NCBI GenBank assembly: GCA_949295285.1
Contig: CASFKI010000018.1
Location: 1-59,827 of the forward strand
Reading direction: 5' to 3'
DNA: 59,827 nt
From: an uncultured bacterium
GTDB lineage: Bacteria; Bacillota_I; Bacilli_A; RF39; UBA660
In this document: in pieces, positions 47,060-56,494 of the stretch
How the letters are laid out: every line of letters starts with the position of its first letter
Position numbering within the stretch: position 1 is the stretch's first letter
The notes under the pieces: model-generated
What the model saw: only the letters and a program-made list of their open reading frames with translations
What the model was told of the DNA's origin: nothing
Databases searched by the model: none
Program-made: the position numbers and the translations under genes

Positions 47060-47076
47060 TAACAACTACTTTTTTA
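47054..47076 (+). terminator. Intrinsic terminator after rpsT
   Basis: AAGTAGT / ACTACTT stem with loop AACA, followed by TTTT. Confidence 0.6.
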
Positions 47077-47122
47077 ATTGTAATTTTTTTAAAATTATTA
47101 TAAAATTAACTTGGTGATGAAT

Positions 47123-48052
47123 ATGAATAGAACAAGAATATTATTTGATATAGTATTAATTTTGATTTTATGTATTTTATTATCAATATTTTTAAAAGAT
47201 TATAACTATTTTAAAGAAAAATTTGTAACTTTAATAAATATATTTGAAGCAAAACAAGTTAATATACCAAGTAGTAAATATAATAGTAGATCTTATAATT
47301 TTCAAACAGTAAATACTACTAATAACTTTGAACCTAAAAATATAGAAGATTTAAAAAATATATATTATACGGTTTTAAATAATGGTTGGGAAAATTTTTC
47401 ATTTTATTGCCCAGAAGAATATAAAAATTGTTATGACGATGTATTAACACTCGCTGATAATAATGAATATATTTCACTTATTAACAATTATGTAAGTACA
47501 TATAATCAATATAAAAAATATAATACTAGCGCCAATACTGCAGGAGAAATAAGATTAAACATTGAAAAATTATATTCTGATGAAGAAATAATGGTTTTAA
47601 AATTAAAAATATCACAAATTTTAAAAACTTTTAATATAGATAAGAATAATATTAAATTACAAGATTTAATGAAAATACAAGACTACATATTGAAAAATAT
47701 TACCTATGATGAAGAATATACTTTAGTTGATACAGATTCCCCATCGAGTAATGCATATGGAGCATTAAATACTGGAAAAGCAGTATGTAGTGGGTATACT
47801 GATTTATTTGCTTTATTTTTAGATGAATTAAATATACCTAATTTTAAAGTAACTACTGATAATCATATATGGAATGTAGTATATTTTGGCAATAAATGGA
47901 GACATGTAGATGTTACATGGGATGATGATGAAATAAATGAAAATAATAATTATAATTTTTTTATGATAGATACAGAAACTTTACTAAATAAGGATATTAA
48001 TGAACATAATTTCAATATAAATTTATATTTAGAACTATTAAATCAAAAATAA
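47123..48052 (+). CDS. Membrane-anchored transglutaminase-like cysteine protease domain protein
   Basis: Cys-His-Asp core: KAVCSGYTDLF, NHIWNVV, HVDVTWDD. N-terminal TM helix. ATG 47123 follows a GGTGA SD. Confidence 0.75.
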   Translation: MNRTRILFDIVLILILCILLSIFLKDYNYFKEKFVTLINIFEAKQVNIPSSKYNSRSYNFQTVNTTNNFEPKNIEDLKNIYYTVLNNGWENFSFYCPEEYKNCYDDVLTLADNNEYISLINNYVSTYNQYKKYNTSANTAGEIRLNIEKLYSDEEIMVLKLKISQILKTFNIDKNNIKLQDLMKIQDYILKNITYDEEYTLVDTDSPSSNAYGALNTGKAVCSGYTDLFALFLDELNIPNFKVTTDNHIWNVVYFGNKWRHVDVTWDDDEINENNNYNFFMIDTETLLNKDINEHNFNINLYLELLNQK

Positions 48053-48084
48053 AAAAGTCAATAAACCTATTTTGACTTTTTTAT
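48051..48084. terminator. Bidirectional terminator
   Basis: AAAAGTCAA / TTGACTTTT hairpin flanked by A- and T-tracts, between convergent genes. Confidence 0.65.
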
Positions 48085-48728
48085 TTTGCTCTTTTCATAT
48101 ATGCTTCTTTAGCAGCATTTTGTTCAGCTTCTTTTTTGCTTAATCCTTTTCCTATTCCATAAACTAAACCGTCTATTATGACTTCCACTTTAAATGTTTT
48201 ATGATGAGCAGGCCCACTTTCAGAAATTAAATTATATGTAACACTTTTTCTAACTGTTTGAACACTTTCTTGTAATAATGTTTTATAATCCATTAAAAAG
48301 TCTTCCTGTCTTTTAATATATGGAACTATCAAATTATTAAATACAGTTTTTACTCCATCAAGACCTTTTTCTAAGTAAATAACTGCCATTGTAGCTTCAA
48401 AAACATCAGCAATTATCGTTTTGTTTGGCTTATTAATTCCATTTCCAATTTTAATATAATTAGCTAATTTAACATCTTTAGAGTATTCATATAATGCGTT
48501 TTCACATACATATAAACTTCTAAGTTTGCTCATTTTTCCTTCTACAAAATTAGTATTTTTATATAAATATTCACTACAAACTATCTCAAGAGTAGCATCT
48601 CCCAAATATTCAAGTCTTTCGTAACTATCAACATTGTGCTCATTAGCATAACTTGAGTGAGTTAATGCTATTTCTAATAATTTTGTATTTTCTATGACAA
48701 TTCCAAAATTTTTATATATATCTTTCAT
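48081..48728 (-). CDS. rnc: Ribonuclease III
   Basis: ALTHSSYANE...ERLEYLGDA signature and a C-terminal dsRBD (GPAHHKTF...GKGLSKKEAEQNAA). Confidence 0.9.
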   Translation of the reverse strand: MKDIYKNFGIVIENTKLLEIALTHSSYANEHNVDSYERLEYLGDATLEIVCSEYLYKNTNFVEGKMSKLRSLYVCENALYEYSKDVKLANYIKIGNGINKPNKTIIADVFEATMAVIYLEKGLDGVKTVFNNLIVPYIKRQEDFLMDYKTLLQESVQTVRKSVTYNLISESGPAHHKTFKVEVIIDGLVYGIGKGLSKKEAEQNAAKEAYMKRAK

Positions 48729-48893
48729 TTTTAATCACAAAATAATTTTAACACATTTATGATAATATTTCTATATAATTTTATCTTTGATCACTAATAC
48801 TTGCATCACTATTATTTGCAATTAATTCAGAAAGTGGATCATATGGTTCTCCTGTTTTAGTTCCAGCAAGCAAAGCTATATCTACTGCATTTT

Positions 48894-49595
48894 CTAAAAT
48901 CTCCCACGAATTGCCAGAAAATAAAAAATTGCTCTATCTACTACAAATACTCTTGTGTTATATACTACATTATTAATAATTGTACCAGTAGAATTAGGAT
49001 TTAAATATGATGGTTGACGTAATGTATGAAAAATATTATTTTTTACTAATAAATTAGAAACATTAACCTGAGGTACAAATCCTCTATTAACAATCCAATT
49101 AGAAGAATCCCCTATTTGATTTGGACCATAAATATTACAATTTATTATTTGATTATTATTTTTAGCAATTTGTATAAACTCGACAGGATAAGGAATATCA
49201 CTAGTTATTGTAAGTCCGTCTAGAGTAATATTATCACTATTACATAAAATAGGTATAATAGGTGATTTTAATAAAATTAATGCTCCTGTTTTAGCTTTTA
49301 ATGTTAATCCAAATATATTTAAAACAATTTGATTTGTAATTTCATAAATACCACTTAAAAGTGTTATAACACTATCTGGCTTAGCAACTTGTAATGCTTC
49401 TTCAATTGTTTGAAATGGGTATAATTGACTACCATCTCCACCTGCTAGTGCCGAGGGACTAATATATAAATCAAAAGGATTTAAACTAGAACTACCACTT
49501 GGTCCTGTTGGTCCTGTTGGTCCCATTTCTCCTATATTTCCGCTTGGTCCTGTTGGACCGAAGCATAAATAAGTTACTTGATTATATTTATTCAT
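48894..49595 (-). CDS. Collagen-like (GXY)8 plus right-handed beta-helix protein; C-terminus apparently frameshifted
   Basis: GPTGPSGNIGEMGPTGPTGPSGSS is followed by beta-helix-like repeats (ITLDGLTI, IINCNIYG, LLVKNNIF, GTIINNVVYN). No SD is present. An out-of-frame continuation runs to 48781. Confidence 0.65.
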   Translation of the reverse strand: MNKYNQVTYLCFGPTGPSGNIGEMGPTGPTGPSGSSSLNPFDLYISPSALAGGDGSQLYPFQTIEEALQVAKPDSVITLLSGIYEITNQIVLNIFGLTLKAKTGALILLKSPIIPILCNSDNITLDGLTITSDIPYPVEFIQIAKNNNQIINCNIYGPNQIGDSSNWIVNRGFVPQVNVSNLLVKNNIFHTLRQPSYLNPNSTGTIINNVVYNTRVFVVDRAIFYFLAIRGRF

Positions 49596-49716
49596 ATTTA
49601 ATTTTTTTAATGTTTATTATAATTATTCAAAAAAAGCCTCCCTACTTTACTAATACTATAATTAAAATTAAAGAAAATATTTATTTTTAACATATAATAT
49701 TATATAATATAAATAT

Positions 49717-49953
49717 ATGACAAGAGCATTAATAAAATTAATAAATATATATCAAATTACTCCTCTTCATTCACACAATGCATGTAGATTCTACCCAACA
49801 TGTAGTAATTATATGAAAGAGTGTTTAGAAATATATGGTTTAAAAGGAATTTTTAAAGGAATAAAAAGAATACTAAAGTGTCATCCATTTGGTAAATTCG
49901 GCTATGATCCAGTAATTAGAGGTGAATATTATGAAAAAAATAATAATAATTAG
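49717..49953 (+). CDS. yidD: Membrane protein insertion efficiency factor YidD
   Basis: YQ...P......CRFYPTCSNY....L...G...G.....RI.KCHPF signature. Confidence 0.9.
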   Translation: MTRALIKLINIYQITPLHSHNACRFYPTCSNYMKECLEIYGLKGIFKGIKRILKCHPFGKFGYDPVIRGEYYEKNNNN

Positions 49954-50785
49954 TTTATGTTTACTACTTTGTGGTTGTGATTTTGAATATAATTTCAATG
50001 ATGAATATTTATATACAACCATGTATCCTATCGAATATGCAGCGAGTGAACTTTATTCGGATTATGCTAAAGTTGAAAGTGTTTACCCTATGGGTTCTGA
50101 TAGTAGCTATGAAGTTAGTGAAAAAATGAAAGATAATTACTCTAAAGGAACTACATTTATATATTCAGGGTTAGCTGGAGAGGCTTATTTAGCAAAAGAT
50201 TTGTTAAATAAAAATAACAATTTACAACTAATAGATGCAACTAAAGGAATGGTAAATGATGCTGATATTTCAGGAATATGGTTAGATCCTTCTAATTATT
50301 TAATGTTATGCAGCAACATTAAATCTAGTCTAATTGACTATAATGAAAATGCTTATATTAAAGAAGATATTGAGGAAAAATATAAAGAATTAAATGAAAA
50401 AGTATCTGAGCTTGATGTACAATTATATAATATTGGTAAAAATGGTAATTATAATACAATATTAACTACTAATAATGTATTAAATTATTTAACAAAATAT
50501 AATATAAATGTTATATCTTTAGACAGTGATAATACGCAAATAGATAAAGCCTATTCAGATACCAATAAACTAATATTAAATAAAAGTATTCAATATATAT
50601 ACTATTTAGAAGGCGATGAATTTAACGAAAGACAACAAAAGTTAATTACTGACAATTCTCTTGTTACTATTGAAATAAATAATTTATTTACATTAAATGA
50701 TGAAGAAAAAAATGAAAATAAAGATTATATTTCTATTATGAATGATATAATTACTAATTATAAAAAAGAGTTGTATAAAAATTAA
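49931..50785 (+). CDS. Lipoprotein with a ZnuA/TroA-like solute-binding fold lacking the metal ligands
   Basis: Lipobox LLLCGC. The collinear ZnuA-family pattern has the His ligands replaced (GSDSSYEV, GIWLDPSNY, TNNVLNYL). AGAGGTG SD. Overlaps the yidD end. Confidence 0.5.
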   Translation: MKKIIIISLCLLLCGCDFEYNFNDEYLYTTMYPIEYAASELYSDYAKVESVYPMGSDSSYEVSEKMKDNYSKGTTFIYSGLAGEAYLAKDLLNKNNNLQLIDATKGMVNDADISGIWLDPSNYLMLCSNIKSSLIDYNENAYIKEDIEEKYKELNEKVSELDVQLYNIGKNGNYNTILTTNNVLNYLTKYNINVISLDSDNTQIDKAYSDTNKLILNKSIQYIYYLEGDEFNERQQKLITDNSLVTIEINNLFTLNDEEKNENKDYISIMNDIITNYKKELYKN

Positions 50786-50812
50786 AAAAATACTTTTAAG
50801 AGTATTTTTTTA
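50786..50812. terminator. Bidirectional terminator
   Basis: AAAAATACT / AGTATTTTT hairpin with loop TTTAAG. Confidence 0.6.
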
Positions 50813-51769
50813 TTTTCTTAATTTTCCTTCTAATATTTTATCAATACGATTCAATGTTTTTTCATCATGTTCATTTTCTGATAATTTTTTAAAATATTTT
50901 AACAATAAATTATATTTATTATTAAATGCCTTGTATAGTTTATCATCATATTCATCTTCATAACTAGATAAAATAAACCATCTAATCATAGGTATTCCCA
51001 TCATACTAATCATTTTGGCAGTTATTTTTTCAGAATTTACATTTTTATTTAAAAATTTTAAAAATTTATCTAAATTTATTTTTTTATCTTTTCTACAAAA
51101 TATAATTAATTTTGCTATTACTTCTACTAAATTTTCTTCTAAATATTCAATATTATTCAATCTATAATTTCTATCTTTAGAACTTTCATTTAAATATTGT
51201 TGATGATAATAAAATACTGATCCAAAAAAATAATCTTCTTCGTAATTCCCATTCTTATATGGAATTATATTATCTTTTTTATGATTTATATTTTCAGAAT
51301 TTAGTTCTAATCCAACTAAAAATAAATCAATATTATTCTCTTTATCATTCCCAAAAAATTGATTATTATATATACAAAAAGTATTATTGCTTTTATCATA
51401 AGCAACTACATCTAATAAATTGTTGTTTTTAAATGTTAATTTAAAAGGGACATATCTATCAAAAAAATAATAAAATCCACTACTAATAGACTCATCTAAT
51501 AACCTTTTATAATCTTCAATTTCATCTTTATCAAATATTTTATTATATTTATCATATAAATACATATCATCTATTTTTAATGAATTATCTAATATTATAG
51601 TTCTATTTCTATGTATTATTTCATGGACAATAGTTACTGCTATTTCATTAATTACATCCTGTCTTGTGATATAATTATTATTTAAATCTATTAATAATTT
51701 ATTAATAAAATCTTGTGATATATATATTTCATCATCACTATTTTGCATTGCAGCACAATAAATTGCCAT
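50810..51769 (-). CDS. HExxH-motif protein, C-terminal 319-aa part of a gene split at a homopolymer
   Basis: TIVHEIIH motif. There is no SD at its ATG. The frame stays open upstream as far as the A10 tract. Confidence 0.55.
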   Translation of the reverse strand: MAIYCAAMQNSDDEIYISQDFINKLLIDLNNNYITRQDVINEIAVTIVHEIIHRNRTIILDNSLKIDDMYLYDKYNKIFDKDEIEDYKRLLDESISSGFYYFFDRYVPFKLTFKNNNLLDVVAYDKSNNTFCIYNNQFFGNDKENNIDLFLVGLELNSENINHKKDNIIPYKNGNYEEDYFFGSVFYYHQQYLNESSKDRNYRLNNIEYLEENLVEVIAKLIIFCRKDKKINLDKFLKFLNKNVNSEKITAKMISMMGIPMIRWFILSSYEDEYDDKLYKAFNNKYNLLLKYFKKLSENEHDEKTLNRIDKILEGKLRK

Positions 51770-51963
51770 AACACTATCTTCTTCTTTATAACCATTAATT
51801 TTTTTTTTATTACATCATTATTAAAATCAACTTTTATTGAAATATTAAATAAATGAGAAAATAAACTTACATCAATATCTAACAAATCTAAAAAGTGATT
51901 AAAAGATTTTATTGCTCTATTAATTCCCAATTTTAAATAATTATTTATTTCTTCTTTTTTCAT
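51691..51963 (-). CDS. N-terminal fragment (about 55 useful codons) of the same HExxH gene
   Basis: Starts MKKEEINNYLKLG. It reaches the A10 (plus-strand T10, 51799-51808) tract and then continues out of frame. Confidence 0.5.
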   Translation of the reverse strand: MKKEEINNYLKLGINRAIKSFNHFLDLLDIDVSLFSHLFNISIKVDFNNDVIKKKLMVIKKKIVLWQFIVLQCKIVMMKYIYHKILLINY

Positions 51964-51994
51964 AAAATATCATTTCCACCTCCATGTAGAAATA

Positions 51995-53026
51995 TTATTC
52001 TACATAATCAAATAATGTCTTTTGATTTATTTTTTCACTTTTAAATATATTAAAATGATTATAAGTTTTTTCTGTTACTATTCTACCTCTATTTGTTCTT
52101 TTAACATATCCTTCTTGCAATAAAAATGGCTCAATTACATCTTCAATAGTAGTTGCTTCTTCTCCTATTGATGATGCGATAGATTCTATTCCAACAGGTC
52201 CACCATTAAATTTATATATTATACTTTTTAAATATTCAATATCTGTATTATCAAGACCATTATTGTCTATTTTAAGTCTTTTTAATGATTCTTTTACTAT
52301 ATTTAAATTAATTGTTCCATCTCCGTCAACTAAAGCAAAATCACTAACTCTTTTTAATAATCTATTTGCAATTCTAGGAGTTTTTCTACTTCTTATAGCA
52401 ATTTCATAAGCAGCATTATCATCTATAAAAATATCCAGCACTCTAGCTGTTCTTTTTACTATTGCCGCAAGTTCATCATTACTATAAAATTCAAGCTTAG
52501 ATACAATTCCAAATCTATCCCTAAGAGGACTAGATAAATCTCCCGCACGAGTAGTTGCTCCAACTAATGTAAATGGAGGCAAATCAATTTTAATATTTCT
52601 ACTTTGTCCATCTCCTCCAATAATAATATCTAATTTAAAATCTTCCATTGCACTATATAATATTTCTTCTATATATCTAGGAATCCTATGAATTTCATCA
52701 ATAAATAACACATCATTTGGTTCAAGTGTAGATAATATAGCCGCAAGATCACCGCTTTTTTCTATAGTTGGACCACTTGCAGTTTTAATATTACTTCCAA
52801 GCTCATTTGCAATAATATGAGCTAATGTTGTCTTTCCAAGTCCAGGAGGTCCATATAACAAAACATGATCTAAATTTGTATTTCTTAATTTAGCTGCTTT
52901 AACAAATACTTTAATATTTTCTTTAACATCTGTTTGTCCAATATATTCATCAAAAGAATCAGGTCTTATATTTTTCTCAAAAGTATCTGCTTCTAATTCA
53001 TGATTTGTTATAATTCTCTCATCCAT
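51995..53026 (-). CDS. ruvB: Holliday junction helicase RuvB
   Basis: [14 protein letters not shown] Walker A, FIDEIHR, winged-helix C-terminus. 343 aa. Confidence 0.95.
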   Translation of the reverse strand: MDERIITNHELEADTFEKNIRPDSFDEYIGQTDVKENIKVFVKAAKLRNTNLDHVLLYGPPGLGKTTLAHIIANELGSNIKTASGPTIEKSGDLAAILSTLEPNDVLFIDEIHRIPRYIEEILYSAMEDFKLDIIIGGDGQSRNIKIDLPPFTLVGATTRAGDLSSPLRDRFGIVSKLEFYSNDELAAIVKRTARVLDIFIDDNAAYEIAIRSRKTPRIANRLLKRVSDFALVDGDGTINLNIVKESLKRLKIDNNGLDNTDIEYLKSIIYKFNGGPVGIESIASSIGEEATTIEDVIEPFLLQEGYVKRTNRGRIVTEKTYNHFNIFKSEKINQKTLFDYVE

Positions 53027-53594
53027 TATATTTCTCCTTTATATATTTATATATATCATTCCAGTTATCTTTTCTAACAAATCTATTCTCATCATGATTG
53101 TATGCATTAGTAAATAATATTACATCAATACCTACATTACTAACATCTTCACAATGTGACTCTTTATCATCAATAAATAAAGTTACATTATTTGATATAC
53201 ACTCATCAACTTTACTTCCTGTATCAGTATATATTTTATCGTAATAAACACCATGTCTTTCTAACCAATCTTTAGTTAGTTTATTAGGATCTTTAATATA
53301 TTTTCCTTTTCTAAAAGAAATAATAATTATTTTATTTCCTTCATCATGCAACTTATTAATAACTTCTTTAGCTCCAGGTTTTATTTCTGAATTATCCATA
53401 ATATATTCTAATCTATCTGCAAAAAATTTACCTTTCATTTCTTTAGGCCAACCCATCATATCAGTAAATTCATAAGCATTTATATCTTTTATACCACTAC
53501 CGCCTAACACCTCTTTATCATACTTATCGGCTTCTATAATTATTCGTTCATTAGTAGAACAAATAGTATCATCCATATCAATTCCAATTACCAT
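53019..53594 (-). CDS. HAD-superfamily 5'(3')-deoxyribonucleotidase-like protein (NT5C/YorS-like)
   Basis: IGIDMDDTI (DxDxT), LFIDDK, ...RKDNW... C-terminus. ATG 53594 follows a GAGG SD. Wedged between ruvA and ruvB. Confidence 0.6.
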   Translation of the reverse strand: MVIGIDMDDTICSTNERIIIEADKYDKEVLGGSGIKDINAYEFTDMMGWPKEMKGKFFADRLEYIMDNSEIKPGAKEVINKLHDEGNKIIIISFRKGKYIKDPNKLTKDWLERHGVYYDKIYTDTGSKVDECISNNVTLFIDDKESHCEDVSNVGIDVILFTNAYNHDENRFVRKDNWNDIYKYIKEKYNG

Positions 53595-53602
53595 AATAAA
53601 CC

Positions 53603-54151
53603 TCACTTTAATAATAATTTTAACGCTTCTTTAATTTGTTGTTCAATTGCTAGTGTTTTATCAACTTTAGGAAGAATACTTTTAATATCTGCACTTTTAT
53701 AGCCTAAAGAATCAAGTGCTAATACTAATTCATCACTAGACTCTTCTTGATTTTCAACTGATGCTAACTTTCCTTTTAAGTCAAGAATAATTTGTCTTGC
53801 AAGTTTTTCTCCAATTTTAGGAAACTTCTTTAAATATAATATATTTTCTCTATCAATAGCATCAATAATTCCATTTAAAGAACCAGTAGCTAGTATTGGC
53901 ATAGCCATTTTAGGTCCAAGCCCTTTAACACTTATTAACTTTAAAAATACATCTCTTTCATCTTCAGTTTTAAAACCATATAAAGTTTGTTCATCTTCTC
54001 TTACTAAGTGATATAAATATAAAGTACTTTCACTACCCTCTTTAAATTTATATGGATTTGGTGTATATATTTTATAACCAATTCCACCACAATCAATAAC
54101 AACATAATTAGCAAGTGTTTTGCTAACTATTCCTTTTATATAATCATACAT
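53603..54151 (-). CDS. ruvA: Holliday junction DNA-binding protein RuvA
   Basis: MYDYIKGIV....YVVIDCGGIGYKIYTP and HhH motifs GLGPKMA / IGEKLARQI. Confidence 0.9.
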   Translation of the reverse strand: MYDYIKGIVSKTLANYVVIDCGGIGYKIYTPNPYKFKEGSESTLYLYHLVREDEQTLYGFKTEDERDVFLKLISVKGLGPKMAMPILATGSLNGIIDAIDRENILYLKKFPKIGEKLARQIILDLKGKLASVENQEESSDELVLALDSLGYKSADIKSILPKVDKTLAIEQQIKEALKLLLK

Positions 54152-54228
54152 AACATACCTCTTAGTAAATTATATCATCTGTTATATAAATTGTAAATTA
54201 ATGATGCAGTTTTTTATATATAATTAAA

Positions 54229-54259
54229 TTAAAACTATGAAATAAATTAATTTCATAGT
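54229..54259 (-). terminator. Intrinsic terminator after the sigma factor gene
   Basis: ACUAUGAAAU / AUUUCAUAGU 10-bp stem followed by UUUAAUUU. Confidence 0.65.
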
Positions 54260-54265
54260 CATTTG

Positions 54266-54877
54266 CTATTCAACAATAAATAATTTTCTATATTTTTTGT
54301 TAATTCTAAACATTACATTTTCTACATATTTTTTATCTTTATCAATTAAATGTGCAATTTCTTGATTATTTAGACATTTTAATTTTAATTCAAATACTAT
54401 TCTTTCATTTTTACTTAATTTATTTTTTATTTCATTTATTAAGCTTATATTCTCTTCATTATCTAATAATATTTTAGTTGGATCATTTCTATCATCCTTT
54501 ACTATATCATAAAAACTACTTCCTGTATCTTCTATTAATTTATCTAATGAATATGAATTATTCAATATTCTATTTTTTTGTCTAAAAGTATGTCTTATAC
54601 TACTCATAATGCTTGTTTTTATACAAGCACAAGCATAAGTATAAAATTTCACATCAATATTACTATCATATGTTTTAATTGCATGTATTAATCCAATTAA
54701 TCCTTCTTGATATAAATCTGCAACTTCCATACCAATAATATTATATTCTTTTAAATACTCTTTTAAAATATTTAAAATACATGGTTTGTATTTTTCAATT
54801 ATCATGTTTTCTGCATCTTCATTATTTTCATTACATAAATATATAAGTTCATTATCATTTACTTCTTTATATTCCAT
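54266..54877 (-). CDS. sigH: Sigma-70 family sigma factor, SigH-like
   Basis: Region 2 DLYQEGLIGLIHAIKTYD and a region 4 HTH near the C-terminus. It sits downstream of the rlmB/yacO-like gene, as in Bacillus. ATG 54877 follows an AGGAGG SD. Confidence 0.7.
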   Translation of the reverse strand: MEYKEVNDNELIYLCNENNEDAENMIIEKYKPCILNILKEYLKEYNIIGMEVADLYQEGLIGLIHAIKTYDSNIDVKFYTYACACIKTSIMSSIRHTFRQKNRILNNSYSLDKLIEDTGSSFYDIVKDDRNDPTKILLDNEENISLINEIKNKLSKNERIVFELKLKCLNNQEIAHLIDKDKKYVENVMFRINKKYRKLFIVE

Positions 54878-54884
54878 AACCCTC

Positions 54885-55583
54885 CTATTTATATTGCATA
54901 ATTTCATATATCAAAATTCCACAAGCAACACTAGCATTTAATGAATTAACCTTTCCTTTCATTGGAAGAGATATAATTTCATCACAATTATTCATTACAA
55001 TTTGTTTTAATCCATGTCCTTCACTACCAATTATAAGACAAGTTTTACTATCATATTTAATGTTCTTATAATCTTTTCCATTTGCATCAGCACCATAAAC
55101 CCAATAATTATTATCTTTTAATTTTTTTATAGTATTAAATAAGTTAGATACTTCCACTATCTTAACATTATTTAAAGCACCACTAGAAGTTTTATATACA
55201 GTTGAATTAACAGATACACTTCTTTTCTTTGGTATAAGTATATAATCTACTCCTGCACACTCACATGTTCTTATAATTGCACCAAAATTATGAGGATCTT
55301 CAATACTATCTAACATAACTATAAAATTAGCATTTTTATCATTAATAACATTTTCAATTGACAAATATTTATATTCTTCAATATCCAAAGCTATACCTTG
55401 ATTATTTGAATTATTGCACATTTTATTTAATGTATTTTTATCAAGATGGAACTTTTTTAATTGTTTGTTATTTATTTTATCTAAAATATTATTATCTTTA
55501 AAATTATTATCTAAAAATACTTTATATATTTTTGTATTGCTATTTAATATTTCATTTACTACATTTTTACCATATACTAGCAT
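54885..55583 (-). CDS. rlmB: TrmH/SpoU-family 23S rRNA 2'-O-methyltransferase (RlmB/YacO-like)
   Basis: HNFGAIIRTCECAGVD, LIIGSEGHGL and SLNASVACGILIYE motifs. ATG 55583 follows a GGAG SD. Confidence 0.8.
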   Translation of the reverse strand: MLVYGKNVVNEILNSNTKIYKVFLDNNFKDNNILDKINNKQLKKFHLDKNTLNKMCNNSNNQGIALDIEEYKYLSIENVINDKNANFIVMLDSIEDPHNFGAIIRTCECAGVDYILIPKKRSVSVNSTVYKTSSGALNNVKIVEVSNLFNTIKKLKDNNYWVYGADANGKDYKNIKYDSKTCLIIGSEGHGLKQIVMNNCDEIISLPMKGKVNSLNASVACGILIYEIMQYK

Positions 55584-55596
55584 ATCATACTCCACA

Positions 55597-56484
55597 TTAT
55601 TTAATATTTTTAATTATTTTACTCAAATTAGTTGCAGCAATTGCACCTTCTGCTATAGCAGTCGAAACTTGATATAAATCTTTTTTAATTATATCACCAC
55701 ACGCATAAATCATAGTTTCTTTAGTTTCCATATTATTATTAACTATAATATATCCATTATCATCAGTAATATTTAGTTCTTTAATAAGTGATGTATCAGA
55801 GGAATAACCATAATATATAAACACTCCATCACATGATATAATTTCATTATTATCAAGTTCTACTCCATTTAAATAATTTTCTCCTAAAAAATTAGTAACT
55901 TTTTTATTTTCAATTATCTTAATATTTTTATCTTTTAATTTATTTATTTCATCATCAGAAATAATATTTTTATCAGCAATTAATATTAATTCACTAGCAA
56001 AATTGCTTAAATATAGTGCCTCTTCAATAGCTGTCTTATTACTACCAAGAACCACAATTTTTTTCTTTTTATATAGTGCTGCATCACATACAGCACAATA
56101 ACTTATTCCTTTTCCTAAAAATTTTTCTTCATTTAATAAACCACTTTTCTTAAGCTTTCTTCCAATTGCTATAATTATTCCTTTAGTATTAAATTCTCCT
56201 TTAGTACTATAAATTGTAAAATAGTCTTTGTTTTTTTTAATATTCAATACTTTAGTAATTTTATATTCTATTTTTTCATTATTTATATGTTCAAACATTG
56301 AATATGCTAAATCTGATCCACTAATACTTTTAAATCCAGGATAATTTTCAATTAAAGAGACTTTATTTAATATGCCACCTGGTATATTTTCTTCTAATAT
56401 TAATGTTTTTAAATTACTTCTATTAGAATAAATAGCCGCACTCATTCCAGCTGCACCCATTCCAATTATTATACAATCATACAT
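55597..56484 (-). CDS. trxB: Thioredoxin-disulfide reductase
   Basis: GMGAAG FAD motif, redox CAVCD, second Rossmann VVLGSNKTAIEEA. Confidence 0.85.
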   Translation of the reverse strand: MYDCIIIGMGAAGMSAAIYSNRSNLKTLILEENIPGGILNKVSLIENYPGFKSISGSDLAYSMFEHINNEKIEYKITKVLNIKKNKDYFTIYSTKGEFNTKGIIIAIGRKLKKSGLLNEEKFLGKGISYCAVCDAALYKKKKIVVLGSNKTAIEEALYLSNFASELILIADKNIISDDEINKLKDKNIKIIENKKVTNFLGENYLNGVELDNNEIISCDGVFIYYGYSSDTSLIKELNITDDNGYIIVNNNMETKETMIYACGDIIKKDLYQVSTAIAEGAIAATNLSKIIKNIK

Positions 56485-56494
56485 ATTTTTCTCC

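Noticed and set aside
49636-49643. GGGAGG (minus strand) upstream of the collagen-like gene as its ribosome-binding site
   Set aside because: It lies about 40 nt from the ATG, with an in-frame stop between any alternative start and the gene, so it is too distant to serve as an SD.
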